A stretch of DNA of 64,000 bases, taken from assembly GCF_008831285.2 (NCBI RefSeq), contig NC_045138.2:6262001-6326000 (forward strand). Direction: 5' to 3'. Each line of letters opens with the position of its first letter. The first letter of the stretch is position 1. The stretch comes from Nymphaea colorata. Taxonomy: Eukaryota. Positions 1 to 14,700 of this stretch are shown here, in pieces. The notes under the pieces were generated by a model. The model was not told where the DNA came from and searched no databases. It saw only the letters and a list, made by a program, of their open reading frames with translations. A program made the translations under genes and the position numbers.

Positions 1-3000
1 ATGTGTGTGTGTGTGTGTGTGTGTATACTCAAGTTCATGTAGTTTGAAATTGACTAATTTAGAAGCTCGAGTTTACTGAGTGAGTTCAAGTCAAGCTCGA
101 GTTGGCTCGACTCATTATATATCACGACTCAATGCCAATGATACGTGTGGGAGCATGGTGAAATCAACTAAATATCTGAATGACATTCAGCTCCTCAACA
201 ATGGAAGGAGAGTTACTCTGGTTGAGAATGTCTACTGGAGAATGTCACCCATCAATTCAATTAAGAGATTTCTTTACATGCTAGTTCCTATCCCAATTGA
301 TTACCAAAGATAGAGAAAAATACTCATTTTCCGAAATTTACATAAACTTACTTCTATTGAGTATTGTTTTGCATCTCATAAATCCTTTCTTAAGAGATGG
401 AACCGATGCCCTTTCCAAAAACTGTTTATCCTCATTGGCACAAAGGCAGTAACTAATGAAATCCTAGATTTTAGTGCACCGATTATGTGACAAATTAATT
501 TATGTGGAGTAACCATTATGCACATAAAATAAATTGTGTGGTTTCTACGTGGGCAAGCCACACCAAGCTCTGCCATTATGCTAATTTATAATAAGTTGAT
601 GCGCAGCATAATATATGACACTTAACTTATGGATTTATAGAAGAACGTAAGACTTAGTTGTTAAAGCATATATACTCAACATGAAGGTTGTTCGGATTAT
701 CTCACATTTGCTTCTGTAGCCAGATTCATTAAAAATTGGGAAATATTTTCTCTCTATTGAAGGAAGGAACTAAGAGTTGGTGACTTCAAATGGATATTGT
801 CAATGTCTTTCTTCATAGGGTATCTTCAATGGGGTAGAGATTGATATGCAAATTGAATAAGCTGTTGCACTGACTTAAATAAGGTCGTTGGAATTGTTGG
901 GTGAGCAAGAAGAATATTATATCATACCGCACCAAACAAGAGAAACAATACCCCCACCCTTCCCCCATCCCCCAGAGTACCAGGTCTGCTTTCGGTGGTG
1001 AATTAATATACAATTTAGTGATACATAAAAGGTAATATTAAGAACAATATAATTACCTAGTTAAAAAGTGTTCACTTCAAGTATTTATTCAACAATTTTC
1101 ATGAAAAGAATGACCCTTATTAATATTTCCCTTCTTAAGTTATAAGCCAAAAGTAATCCCAGAAAAACATAAATTTTCTTGTAACAAATTTATATCTGAT
1201 TAAAGTAATAACCATATTTATTCAAGTGTATCCGGTATAGATTCTCTGTCACTAGATAAGATGATATTCTTGTATATGCGGTATAGATTCTCCGATCCAA
1301 ATACGATTCGTTAGCATTCGGGTTATACAGCACCTCATGAATTTTAAAATCACATATTCTCGAGTTGTTCTAGTCCAACTTTGTTATAAACATGTAATCC
1401 ATATTGTTAATTCGATGAGAATCAACATACAAATTCTGAAATATATCTATATAAAGCTAAACAATATTAAATAAGACATTTTCTCAATGCAAAAAGCATA
1501 TTAAGTATTTCAAATGTAGATTTTAAATCGAATCTACAATAGATTCTTTCATGAACTATGGATTTTACCGGGATCTTTTGTCATATCAGCAAAAATATGT
1601 CAGATTAAATCAACGCCTAATCGATATATCTTAAATTTGAAGTAATCAAACTCCTCTTAGCCTAGTGTTTACTTCTTGAGGCATGTTTTATGCCTTGAAC
1701 AACTTTGGTAATGATGACTTTCAACCTAGGTAACTTCTCCCAGATTTTCAGGTAGACATCTAAACGTGTGACTAAAATCCATAAAAATTGTTCACTTCCA
1801 TTTTAAAAAGAGGAGTGACCATGTAGGAAAAGAATAACCTTCATAGAATCAAACAACAAGAAAATAAATGTCATTTTTTTGTGAATAATTAGGAAAACTT
1901 ATTTTACATCAAAAAATACAAATAAAAATGTTCTATGTTTTATCAAACGAAGCTTATAGTTAGTCATATTTAAATTTGATAAAAACAACTTCAAGTTCAA
2001 AGATCAAAAAGTAGTTGCACTTTAGATTTAGTATCTAATTTATCTCCTACATATGACATTAGCAAGGACACAATTCCGAGTATTTTGCTTATAATTTTAA
2101 AAACAGGTTCATTTTTTCAGTTTTTTTAGTGAACACCATCCTTCTTGCATAAATTTGCTCAATGAAAACATGAATTGGACTTTTAGTGGCTTAAAAATCA
2201 AAGAAGAACATTCACTAAAATGATAAGAATATTATTTATAAACAAACAGAATTTCACGTCGAACCTTTGCTTGGCAGACTAGTGAGGCCGTTACTAACAA
2301 AGTCACAAGAAATATGATTTCTTAATTGGAACTATAAGTAAAAAATTAACCTGAAAATGAGTTTTTCTAAAATGGTGGCTTATGTTGCATGCGAACCGAA
2401 TGCAACCCGTGATTCTCAGATCTGGATCAATAAAGTAAAATCTAAATGGCTGTCTGAGTTCAAGGGAACCTTTCACATGCGACGAGGAGACAAATTGTAA
2501 ATGTACAGCAAGTAGGACCTGCAAAAATGAACGTTTTCTGTTGCGGTAAGTTCATTCAATTTCAATTATTTTTTAGACCTCTGAATCCTTCGGCTCCGTA
2601 TTTGGAGCCAAATATTTGTAAATAAATAGTCTTTCAAGAGAAAAATATATGTTACTTATTTTTAAAATATTTAGCTTTTCATTTTAAGTTATAGGAAAAA
2701 TGTTACCTATATTCTGTAATTGTCATACATTTTTGTTTACCATCCTACAATACTAAGGATATCTACCATCATAGTGTTGTTAAAACCATCACGACTCGTC
2801 GTTGCATCATAAACTGTAACTAGTACTATTTTAGTGACTGTTTTTAATGATAATTTAATTTTTATCATATAGCAAAATCGAGCATGTAGCATTGAATTTG
2901 TTTAAATATATATATATATATATAGTTTTATGTTGTTGTATGTTAGATGTTGCTAAATGACTAATAATTAAAATTTTGTCATTAGAAACAACACAAAAAT

Positions 3001-4507
3001 ATCAATGACATTTTATGATGCTTTATGATATTTTTAATCACAATAATGATATAATTTTTAATTTTAAGTCATCCAGCGTACAACAAACAAATGAATCCAC
3101 CTACGTTGACTTTTCTCCTTGATTTCCAAATAAAGTTATCTTAGTTATTTTTTTTATTATTTTCAAACTACGCTAACATTTTAAATTCAAAATAAAACCA
3201 ATATCATTGATAATTTTTCAGCCCTATTCTAATCACCAGTCACATCGGTCCTTCACTTGGCCGAAACAGTTGGGCAACTCAAATGTGTGCCTTGCCAGGC
3301 TTTTAAAACCATTTAAAAATAGCTTGCACGCATCGCCTCACCGAACCACTCAACTGGCTCGAGAAACATTTGATTTATAATTTATTTAGCAATAACGTGG
3401 CTGCTGTTGCCTTTCGATATGTTGTTTTTTTGTGTTGTTAAAACTTAAAAAGTAACAAGCCCGACACTCAAGTTAAAGTTAAAAGGTATATTATAAGTCT
3501 ATTTAAATCCCAAAGCAAGCCAGATCCTTACAAACATGATTTTAAAGGTTTGAGTATTGTAGATTTAAAAACATTTTTTTTGTACATAAGAGAAAAGTCC
3601 ACCTTGGAAACGCAAGTTTTTAAAAAACACCTTTGTTAGAAAACTAGTATCTAAAATCTTGAAGTTTAAGATTTGACAAGGCTGTTTGATAATACCAATT
3701 TTTTAATCAGATCTGGGTCACAAGCTATTTGAGACCGCAATACATATATCATCATAATCAGATCTAGATCTGGTATGAAAACTATGTGGGGATTTAGATC
3801 TAATACCTCTTTAGCACAAACCCGAGACCCATTTGGCTGGTCAATGGTCACCTCCATAAAATATCAAAAGTAAGGGATATAAACGGGTCAGACATATCAG
3901 ATTATCAAACAAATACCAAATCCATTTAGCTGGAAGTGGTAAAAAAATTTTAGATTCATTCAAGTTTAAATTCACATACGGTATGCAGTTTCACCACTAA
4001 ACATAAATTCGAATAAAATACCCACCAGTATCTGATAAAGATCCTATCTACATAATGGAGCTGGATCTTACATTAGTCGGATCAGAATTCGGTTTTCCAG
4101 AAAATCAGCTCCAGATTCAAATTGGAATTATTCAAATATGATTAGTTAAATTGGTTAAAAATTAAACCCGACACGAAACCAAAACTATATTGCAACCTAA
4201 AAGTCAAGACACAAGACAACTGGTGTAGAATTTTTCTGTTTTAAATTATTTCTCTTTGTTTAACTAGAAGTAACATACTCTTTTTAAGTATGTCTTGACA
4301 TTTTTGATTCACAATTTTTTCGTAAACTTATGTGCAAATTTTCAAATATTAGTCAGTCTTTTGTGACAGATCAAAGTTGAGCAGTTAGCTGTAAAGGCCT
4401 CACACATAAATGAATGAATTAGATCAATAATAAACAAACAAATGGATCACTTGATTTACTAGGCAAAGTCTAAGCATAATGTTCTTAGACTTCTGAGCAA
4501 ATAGTGC

Positions 4508-5173
4508 ATGCTTTACAAATAGGTTAAAAAGTTTTCAAAAGGGTTTTGGACGGGCAAATGATCATGCAAATGTTGAGCTTGGGCATTTCGTTTTAACTTG
4601 CTCTGGTCTTTCCTGTTACATTAACAAGTAGGCACTGCCGTAAAGCTATGTCATCCTTATGACCACACAAGAGCTCAAATCCTTCGACCATCTTGAGTTC
4701 CATCCAACCACGGCTACCCAATGGTTCGGATAAATGTGATTAAATGCACCATCTGATGCAAGCCGGAGGATTGCTCCATCTAAACCCCGATGGAGAAATC
4801 CACAAGTCCATCATGAGCATGTCGTTGCTTAAAGTACTTGTTGTCTACCTACCTGTAAACTTCATCATGAAAGTTCCACAGTCAAAAAATTCGAGAGCAA
4901 GTTATAAAAACTTTACATCATCAACAGAATAAATTTTTTGATATATATTTTTCCATAGATGCTGCTATATTTTTTGAAGTAAGAAGACATAACTTTAGTC
5001 TCTAAGCAGTGGCATGTTCAAGAGGATGGCATAACTTTATCAGCTGCAATTCCTACATGTTAATGTTTGAGGAAAGACTCAAAGACCAGAGCAAGTTAAA
5101 ACGAAATGACCCACAACATTGGCATGCTCGTCCAAAACCTTTTTGAAAACTTTTTAACCTATTTGTAAAGCAT
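4508..5173. repeat. Inverted repeat / hairpin family C, copy 1 (arms ~4508-4665 and ~5020-5173, ~350-bp loop)
   Basis: atgctttacaaataggttaaaaagttttcaaaagggttttggacg (4508) is the near-exact reverse complement of cgtccaaaacctttttgaaaactttttaacctatttgtaaagcat (ending 5173). catttcgttttaacttgctctggtcttt pairs with aaagaccagagcaagttaaaacgaaatg. Confidence 0.92.
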
Positions 5174-5227
5174 TGTAAATGGGCCAATCGTATTAGCTTC
5201 AATAATGACACATTCCATCTACTTCGT

Positions 5228-5870
5228 GGGAGAGAGAAAGGCATCTCCTCTGCTTTCCATTCTCTTTCTTCTTTCTGCATTGCAATATATATATATATAT
5301 ATATATATATTTCCGTTCTCTTTCATCCGTATTTTTTTCTCTTATTCATTTCTCTCTCTCTCCCCCCTCTCTCTCTTCTCTCTAGTTCTTCAATGGGATA
5401 AAGAGAAATGGTGCCATAAGAAACACCTCAAATTAAGCATGGGAGGAGGACCACCTTAAAACTTTTATTTTCTTTTTGATCCCCTTTCTCTATTTATTTT
5501 CTTCTATTTCATTATTCTGTTTCTCTCTCCCTCTTTCACACACACACACAGATTTTCTCTCTATCTCTCACACACACTTGATATATATATATATATTGAG
5601 AGATAGAGATGTGTATGGAATAAGAAAAGAAATAGAAAAGGTGGCCAATAAAGAGAGAAAAGGCCTTAGGGTTGTCATTTGCACCATTTATAACATGTGT
5701 CCCTATGACACCATTGCTCATTGTCTCCTTTAGCAAGGAGAGAGAAGAGGGAGAAGGTGAGAAAGGAATTAAAGAAGAAATATGAAGGAAAAAAGAACGA
5801 GAACAATATATGTAAAAAAGAAAAATAGAAGAAAGAGAACAGAAAGCATAGGACGTTCCCTTCTCTCTCA
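5228..5870. repeat. Long hairpin family A, copy 1 (left arm 5'-truncated; unpaired right arm runs on to ~6270)
   Basis: The CT-rich left arm pairs with the GA-rich right arm around a (TA)n apex at ~5581-5596, e.g. gagagagaaaggcatctcct / aggacgttcccttctctctc. Confidence 0.85.
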
Positions 5871-7619
5871 ACTGTGGCCAGCAAAGGGTGCTCTTATCAC
5901 ACAAATGTACAAGCACACAAAGAGGAGCAGGGGCAAAGCACCAGGGGAGAGAATAGCAGAAATGCTGAGGAGTCATTCTCTCTCCTTGCTGCTGCAGTTG
6001 ATGATCTGGTGCTACTTTTCTCCAGTTATCCACTCCACCTCCTCCTTCTCTCTCTCTCTCACTGTGTGCCTCTCTCATTAGGAAAAAACTGGAGTTATTG
6101 GGAAGTTCCATTCAGAGAACGTGTATTTTTTTCTTTGATGAAGTTGCAATAAGCCTTAATTTCGATATGTTTTTTCAGATGGTTGGTCCTTCAAGAAAAT
6201 ATACTATTAATTAGATCAAAGTGTTGTGAACTTGGTGTTGAGTTTTCTTTTATGGAAATTATTATGACGTCCTATCCTTGGGGATTGGGTCATGGGGCAT
6301 CAGTTCTTTTGCTCTAAAAAAAAAAACACTGATGTACAAGTTAAAGCACAATAGAGCTTTGCAGTAAAATCATGTCCGGTACCCTGAGAAGATGATGCTT
6401 TCAAGTATCTTGTTGGGTGACATGATAAAAGCCTCCTCCAACTCTTTGAACAAATCACAGTGACATTTTATTATGCCAGAGGCAGTTGCTCTCTTTCCAT
6501 TGGTTGAACGCTTAACATGTGCACCACATCATTTTCAGTTTCGTTAAACATAACCTTAATGAGTGATGCAAACTCCTCCGTTGACCATCACGGCACCTTC
6601 TTAATTAATAGGTTCACCACTCTGTGTAACATGCAAAACCGAAGACCTTATGCATAACACAAATCATGGAGCAAACTTTATGAAAGAAGGTATCAGGATC
6701 GCAGAAAATTTTTAATGGGATGCTGATAACCTTACAGGTTTCATTTCTAGTAGAGCATGGTATAATGTGCGTGAATGTTGTCTGATTGGCACACATTCAC
6801 AAGCCTGTGATTCATAGAACTTGAGGTCACCCTCATCAAGCTCCGTAGGATACTATGATTTGTCCTCCAACAATCAAATTTAAAGAAAAAAATATTGGTG
6901 AGCAGGAAAGGCACTAAAAATTAACGTTTTAGGCAACATTACATGTATAAGTAAAAAAGCACTTTTCCTCGGACGTAGTGATAACAAAGATGGCACCTTT
7001 AGATTCTAATATTGTTATTGACATTGGATGTTGCCGAACATTTAGCAATACTTACTGTACATTACAAAGTTCGATCATTCATATCTAAGTTTTACAAACT
7101 TTTTGCTCTATTTGAGAGAATAGGGTTGGTAGGAAGACCTGATATCTACCGTCGTTTTAGAACTTGGATGTCATAAGCTTATGAAATGGAAAATATAGTA
7201 ATTGCCTTAGACGTAGTAATTCTTTATAATGTCAAAGTAATTTTCATAAAAAAAACACAAAACCAATTCGACGTTTGAGGACAAAAACATCTGAGAAATA
7301 GTTACAATACAGTTGTGGCAGTTTTGTTTTCTTTTTGGATACGTAACATTTTGGAGAGAATAATATTAGTTGCACTTCCAATCGTATCATAAACACTATT
7401 TGGCTACATCTCAAAGTTCAGATCCGAAAGCAGTTAACAGAACGTCCGTTTTCCTCAATAAATTCCTGGCAAGCTCAAGCAACAAATTCCTTTGGACAAA
7501 TTCATTAAAAGGATTCTTGTGCCTAAAACTTGTATTCGTGGTCGAACCCCACTTTCCCCTTTTGCTTTATGATCCATACAAGGTTCGCTGTATGATGAAA
7601 GATGAACTTTAGTATACAC

Positions 7620-7980
7620 ATGCCATTCCTATAGTTGGTTCGATAAGAATCAAACTACAAATTCCAATTTACATAGAGATGAATCAACATTTGAAAAAAA
7701 AAATAAAGGAAACGCCACAGTTTAGTGGCTAAAATGAGCAATTTTCACGTTAAGATTCTTATCTAAACAACCATGTGAATTACATTTTTTTATCCAACTT
7801 GATTAAACACATACCTGCCACTTGTACCGTTGATTCGATAAGAACACTCAACCTGTAAATTCCGAATTATAATATCTATATAGAGCTGAACTAACTTTTA
7901 GAAAATCAAACTTCAAGAAAATGCCACAGTTTTAGCTGATAAATAAACGATTTTTCACGTTAACATTCTAGTTATATTTG
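7620..7980. repeat. Two-copy ~200-bp degenerate tandem repeat
   Basis: gttggttcgataagaa (7633) / gttgattcgataagaa (7829); ccacagtttagtggcta...ttttcacgttaa / ccacagttttagctga...tttttcacgttaa. Confidence 0.65.
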
Positions 7981-8049
7981 CAAGGTCACATCTGGCTAAA
8001 GCAGCCCCAAAACATTGCAGTTCAAAATTCAATTTTAATCTAATTTTGA

Positions 8050-8575
8050 ATATATAAGCTTTTACTGGTGGTGTATTGTAGGCTATGTGAAGATGATACA
8101 TGGATATATTTTTGGTGTAGGTTTTTTTATTACAATTAATTATATTTATATATAATATGATATTTTTTATATCATATACATAATAATCCGGCCGGGCCAA
8201 GCACGGGCTCGAGCCTGCAACAAGCACGGGCAGCGGCCCCACCCTAGCTTGATTTCTTATCGAGCCAGGTAGACCCAAAGCCCTGCCCTTTTATATCTTC
8301 TTTTATTGCACATAAGGCCTCCTCCCTTGCATGTTACATAGCTTGGGTGAACATGTAAAGAAAACAGAGTGATGGCGAACATAGGAGTTGCATTAGCACT
8401 TAAGGTTATGTTCAAGGAGGTCCATATGTTTTTATAGGTGGAGTCAATATATAATTTTCAAAATTGTTGATAGGATCAAAGCAAAATTTTTAGAAATTTT
8501 GTATAGCAAAATTTCATTTTTAAAAGCACAAGGAGGGCCATGGCCCCTGCCAAAATGCCCTAATTAACCCCAGTG
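8050..8575. mobile_element. Cluster of MITE-like fragments
   Basis: GC-rich gggccaagcacgggc motifs ending aaagccctg; gggccatggcccctgc...cagtg end resembling plant hAT-derived MITEs. Confidence 0.4.
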
Positions 8576-8929
8576 AGGTTCAAGATGGGCTGGCTTAACT
8601 TGAGCTCGACTCATTTATGTACTCAACTTCATTTCTCAACTCAAACTCGACTTATTTGATAAACGAGTTGAGCTGATATCAAGTTTATCGAGCAAGTTCG
8701 AGTTGAGCTCGAGTTAGCACGACTTGTTGAACAGCCCTACGAACTTTTGATAAGTTCAAACATTAGAGGGTGTTTTGTTTAAGTAACACACTGTTTGAAG
8801 GACATTTTGTTCATGGAAACATGTCGTTTCTACCCTGATCTTCCCGCTACCTATGGACGAAGTGCATGAAATAGCAAAATTTTGGTTTTTGTTGGAAATA
8901 GATTTTTAAGAAAAAGGAACCTGCCCATC

Positions 8930-11030
8930 AACATGAGGGTCAACCATTTTGCCACCATTAACAGGGGTAATCAATCCAAGCTCTAAGTTTTCTAAATTTT
9001 TGACAAGTTATTTTTCCTACATACACTTACATGGATTGGATTTTGGATTTTGGAGTTGATTTTGAACAAAACTTGAATTTGATTTGAGAAATTGGGATTT
9101 TAATTTAATCCTGGATTTGAACTTTGATTTGGTCCAAATTTGGCATTTTGGAAATTGAGAATTTGGATTTTGTATGAAATTGAGGATTGTTAAATTTTGA
9201 ATAGAATTGAGAATTGAAATTGGATTTTTGAATAGAATTGGGAGTGAAATTGAATTTTTGAAATTGAGATTAGACATTGAAAATTTGAGGTTTGGGTCAG
9301 ATTTTAGATTTTGACTTAAAAATTCTTGAATTTGGAACTTGTTTTTGGAACAGAATGTTGGTTTTGGAATTTTTGAAATTTCTAGGCGTGTAATGGTCAG
9401 AAATCGACCAATATTTTTGGATCTTGAACTTGCTTTTTTGAAAGTCTTGGGAAAACTTGATAACATTTGATTGGTAAGATTGAAAAGTTGGATTTTAGGA
9501 TTCTAAGTCTAGTTCTCAAGAATTGTCTTGTTTTTAAGAAACTTGATTTTGGGAGTTCTTACCAAGATCATAAAAATTTACTTGATTTGAGTTTGATTTT
9601 GTCTTGGTTTTGAGGAAAATCCAATCATGGATTTGAAATTGATTTTGGAAATGTAGGTTTTACAACCGAAATAAGTGATGTGCTCAAGTTTTTGTCGAAA
9701 TATGACTTGGTGATGGTAGCGACTCTGACTTGACTCACTTAGATTTTGCAAAAGTGAGTGGGAGGTCTTGTGACGTGAGTGCATACATGCATTTATAAAC
9801 TACATGCACATTCATGTTTCACTCTCTTTCACTCCGTGTGCAGTTTTAATTGATCTTCACATGGATGTAAGTCCACCTTATAGGTGGAAAATGTATGATG
9901 TCCTCGAAGCTTAGTCTTGATGTCAACAAAAGCATTTGGATTTAATGGTCCATGGGCTTAAGTTTTGGTTTTGAAAATGAGATTTCAAAAACAAATTTTG
10001 GTTAGAGCATAGGAGAAGGCAAGTTTGAGTTTGGAAAATTGGAGATTTTGAGAAAAACTTTCTCTTTGAAGGAGGCAGTTCTCATTTGTGAGTTCTTCTA
10101 GAATTTTGGTTTTTGAATTTGATTTGAAAATAAGTTTTAATTTTACAAGTTGATTTCTATTGGTTTCCTAGATCAAGAACCCATCATTTGAAAGTTATAT
10201 GAATTGGATTTAGAGAAATTCTCCAAGTTTCTCTAGATTGATGTTTTTGGAAAACCAATTTTGAGTTGGAACTAGATATAAAAATAGCTTGATTTGAGAA
10301 ATAACTAGTGGCTTGTATTGGTTTTGGAAAGGATTGACTATTTGGAAATGCATATTTCCAAACTAATTTGGTGAGAATCTAATTTCTCTAGTGGTTTTAG
10401 ATTTGGCCAAAACACTTGTTTTGTATCTAGGGATTTCTTTTGAAACCCTACTAGATGAATTTGTTAATGGTTGTTCTTCAAAATTATTGAGATTTCTGGA
10501 AATTTCAGAAATGAGATTAGATGAAGTGATTCCATCTTACTTGATTTGTTTCATTTTAAAATGGATCATACTCATGGATCGAGTAGATCCAATCCTTGGT
10601 GGAACGGTTTTGGCAAGGTTGTGAGATCCAAATCTATTTCGCATTAAAGAGATCATCCATGCTTCCTTCCTCTCTCTCTTTCTTTGCATTCATTCATTCA
10701 ATCGCATAGATGAATGGATGACATTTTTGCGCAAACCATGGTGGTATTCCTCCAATATTACACGAGTGGGATCTCTCTAAGTCAGGTTTTGAGAAATATC
10801 ATTTTCTAATTTTTGTTTTGAAAACAAAATGTTAGCTCAAATGGGTTTGGATGATCAAGGAAATGCATGTAGATATGCATTAGCTTGTATACTTTCTTCG
10901 TACTACTCAGCAAGACATCATCCCAGCTTTTTTGAAATATAAGAAATCCCAACCCAAACCCACGATTTGTTTGTCATTTCCATTCATCATTCATTCATCA
11001 TTCACGTGAAGATGCACGTCCACCATTTCC
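8930..11030. mobile_element. Probable degenerate LTR-retrotransposon non-coding sequence
   Basis: T/G-skewed tttggatttt/aaattgag-rich sequence of the same style as the solo LTR. Termini not resolved. Confidence 0.35.
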
Positions 11031-11788
11031 AGCAAGTTAACATTTTAAGAAAATGCCACAGATCATGAAGATTAGAATGATCAAATGAGGCATAAAAGTT
11101 GCTGTTTTAGAACAGCAAAAGAGATGTCATTTTGCGTTAGGTAGCTTGGCAAATACCCCAAGCCACAACACTGGTTAAGGTCTAGACCATGGTGACGAGT
11201 CACCAATATTTGGCAAGCTAAAAATTAACTAAAACCCATTGGTTTGGGTGCTAGGGAGTCAAAAAAACAAGGGCCTTTGAACCCTGGTTTTCATCTTGCT
11301 GGATAGAGGAATCGGCCTCACCAAGGCTGCTGCAAAGTAGGCCATAGTGGAGTCGGTCTGACCACTCTAGCAGCCAGCCCCTTTATAGCTACTAAAGTAG
11401 GTCCAATGCTCTTTTTTTTTTGAGAAAATTGAGACATGCATGACAATATAATTCATTAACATGCAAGTTGGAGAGGTAGCTGACCTTAATTGCCGGAAAA
11501 ACTGAGGTGATAACGAGCTAAAATGCTGTCGGAAACATGACAGAACAAGGGTAACAAGCTGGACTTGATGTTAAGACTGAAATTGACTTGAGCAAGCTGT
11601 TGAGAATCTCCTCGGCGTCCTCCATGCCACTGAAAAGATCCTCGCTGCTCCGCTGCATTCGTCACCCATCGATCATTCAACGTGTTGATCATCGTGTTTT
11701 TCTTCTTGCGTCATTATTTGCATCTGCTTGTCGTGATTGTTGGTAAAAGTGCAAAAGAGAAGCCTGCAAGGTAAAATCTGCACACAAT

Positions 11789-14700
11789 TTGTTCGACAAA
11801 ATTTTTGTAGAAAATTTTTTGTTCATTATGGCTAATGGCATGACCACTTCGAATATTTTTCAATTGCTCATACCTGTATTTAATGGTGATAATTATGGAT
11901 TTTGGAGCATAAAAATAAAGAATTTCTTTTTGTCACAACATCTTAGGGATCTAGTTGAAAATGACTATATAGAAAGTGGAGAGAGCTCCGAACAAGGAGA
12001 AAAGACAGTTGAATCAAGAGAGCAACGAAAGAAGGATTCAAAAGCCTTACTTGTTCTTTTACAAGCTGTAAGTGAGACTATCTTTTCTCGAATTGCTAGT
12101 GCTACTAGTTCAAATGAAGCTTAGACTATTCTCAAGCAAGAATATCACAGTGATAAGAACGTAATGACAGTGAAACTCCAAACCCTCCGTAAAGAGTTTG
12201 AAACATTGTTTATGAAAAACAATGAATCCGTCCAAGATTTTTTTTCAAGAGCTTTCATAATTATAAATGAGATGAAAACCTTTGGAGAGGTTGTCAATAA
12301 CCAGAAAATTATAGAAAAAATATTGAGTTTACCGCTTAAATTTGATCATGTGGTTACAACTATAGAAGAGTCTAAGGATTTGACTGCATATTCTGCTAAT
12401 GAATTATTAGGTTCTCTTAACCCATGAACAAAGAATGAATAGGTCAACTGAGAAAAGTGTAAAACAAGCATTCCAAGCCCAAGTCAAGTTGGATGACTTT
12501 AGCAAAGAGAGAAAGGGAGCAGCTGTACTAAAGAATGCATGTCGCGGGTGAGGTAGAGGTAACAACCGTGGACGTAGACGAGGAAGATTTGAGGCAGGAA
12601 GAAACAAGTTAGAAGGAGGTGACACAAACAATAAAAAACATGGGCACAAAAATAGGTATTGTGTTTTCTGTAGAAGAAATGGTCATATTGAAGCATACTA
12701 TTGGGATAAAACAAAACAACAAGCTAATGTAGTGGAAGAGAAAGCAGAAGATGGTAACTTGTTTTTTACTCATACAGAGTCAAAAGAAAATATTGATCAT
12801 GTATGGTTTTTAGATAGTGAGTGCAGTAATCATATGACAGGAAAGAGAGACTTGTTTCGTGACATTGATGAATCGGTGAAGCAACAAGTTCGACTTGAAG
12901 ACAACAAAAAGGTGCAAATTGATGGTAAAGGCACAATTGATATACCAATTAAAGATGATACTAAAAGGTTGATACATGATGTTTACTATATACTTGGATT
13001 AGCATATAACTTGCGAAGTGTTGGACAGTTAGCATAAAAAAGATATTTGATTTCATTTTATGATGATGTATGCGAAATAAAAAAGAAATGTTCTAACATG
13101 TCATCTATAGTAGTGCACATGACAAAGAACAAAATGTTTCCAATCAAGTTTTCACACTTTGATGCATATGCCTTAGTTACAGACATGAATAAAGTGTCTA
13201 AGTTGTGACACTTAAGATATAGACACTTGCACTACAATGGGCTGAAGTTATTGGGGCATAAAAAATTAGTTGTTGGTTTACATTGTCTTATCAATAATGA
13301 AGATATTTGTGAAAGATGTGTGTATGGAAAACAACATCGTCTTCCATTTCTAGTTGGAAAAGCATGTAGAGCGAAAGCTCCTTTAGAATTAGTGCATGCT
13401 GACATTTGTGGATCACGCATGAGTTGAGTGTTTTTTCTTGTTGAAAAATCTGAAGCCATTGAAAAATTCAAGGGATTTAAAGTTTTTTGCAGAAAAAGAA
13501 CGTATGTGACCTATAAAAATATTTTGTACTGATAGAGGGGATGAATTTCTGTCAAATGATTTCAAAATTTTTTGCAAATTACATGGTATACATAGACAGT
13601 TGACAGTAAGAAAAACTCCCCAGCAAAATGGAGTTGCTGAAAGAAAAAATCGCACAGTGGTAGAAATCACTCGTAGCATGTTGAATGAGAAACATCTTCC
13701 AAATGAGTTTTGTTTTAAAGCAGTGGCTACAACTGTGCATCTTTTCAACACATCCCCAACCAAAACAGTCCGCAATATGACTCCATATGAAGCATGGTGG
13801 GAGAAAAAACATGATGTAAGTAATTTAAAATTTTTTGGATGCATCGCCTACTCTTTGCTTGATTCTAATAGTCGAGACAAAATTGACAAAAAGAGTGAGA
13901 AATGCATTTTTGTGGGTTATAGTAATAACTCAAAAGGTTATAGACTATACAATTCGATAATAAAGTCTTTAATCATTCAACGTGATATCATTTTTGATGA
14001 TAATAGATCATGGGAGTTGACAACAATAGAATACAAACATATTCCATTTGTTAAATCAACTTCTCACTCAAATGCATCATCGTCAAGTGCTACTCTTTCA
14101 AAAGAGACCAATTCAGATAATGAAGAAGATGTCGAAATAACTACAACAAGAAAGGTACGATCTCTACATGACATATATGCTTCTTGTTTATTTGCTTTTA
14201 TGGTAACTGAACCATCATGTTATGAGGAAGCATGTGGTAAAGAAGAATGAGAAAAAATAATGCAAAAAGAGATTGATACTATTAAGAGAAATGATATATG
14301 GCAACTAGTAGATTTGTCACAGGAAAAAGAACCTATAAGTGTGAATGAGTTTACAAATTGAAGTATAATGTCGATGGAGATGTGCAAAAATACAAGGCTA
14401 GACTAGTCGTCACAGGGTATGTACAAAAATATGACATTGATTATTTTGAAACTTTTTCTCCTGTTGCTTGTTTTGAGACTATTACACTAGTATTGACACT
14501 AGGAAGTCACTTAAAATGGAAGGTATTTCAATTTGATGTCAAGTCTACTTTTTTGAATGGTGCTTAGAAAAAGATATATACGTACATCAACCGCAGGGCT
14601 TTTCATAAGTAGACTGGAGAAGAAAGTGTATAAGTTGAAGAAGGTCATTTATGGCCTCAAGCAAACATCAAGAGCATGGTATGGGAGACTTGACACATAT

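Larger units (their letters stand above)
1..8349. repeat. Recent segmental duplication, copy 1 (paralogue at 56612-64000)
   Basis: Near base-for-base match at an initial offset of 56611. The same ORF translations recur (80/56691, 813/57424, 2303/58916, 7955/63607). Only scattered SNPs and a few indels. Confidence 0.95.

Noticed and set aside
80..313. Repeated ORF MSSSQARVGSTH... in four copies, as a gene family
   Set aside because: It starts inside a MITE-like repeat, mostly with a non-ATG start, and has no recognisable domain. Recurrence is explained by segmental duplication.
5536..6152. Overlapping 90-190 aa ORFs on both strands (also at 18.0-18.7, 28.4-29.0 and 44.4-45.0 kb)
   Set aside because: By-products of low-complexity GA/CT-rich hairpin arms. 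Frames are not conserved between copies.
6284..6308. gggtcatggggcatcag as a miR2118/482 target site
   Set aside because: The match to the TAGGCATGGGAGGCATCAGGAA-type consensus needs gaps and has mismatches opposite the miRNA 5' end. It is not conserved as such across copies.
6479..6503. aggcagttgctctctttccat as a miR156/529/535 target
   Set aside because: Multiple mismatches opposite the miRNA 5' region and out of register.
10741..10762. gtggtattcctccaatattaca resembling miR2275
   Set aside because: Requires a bulge and end mismatches, has no surrounding hairpin, and lies in TE-like DNA far from the fold-backs.
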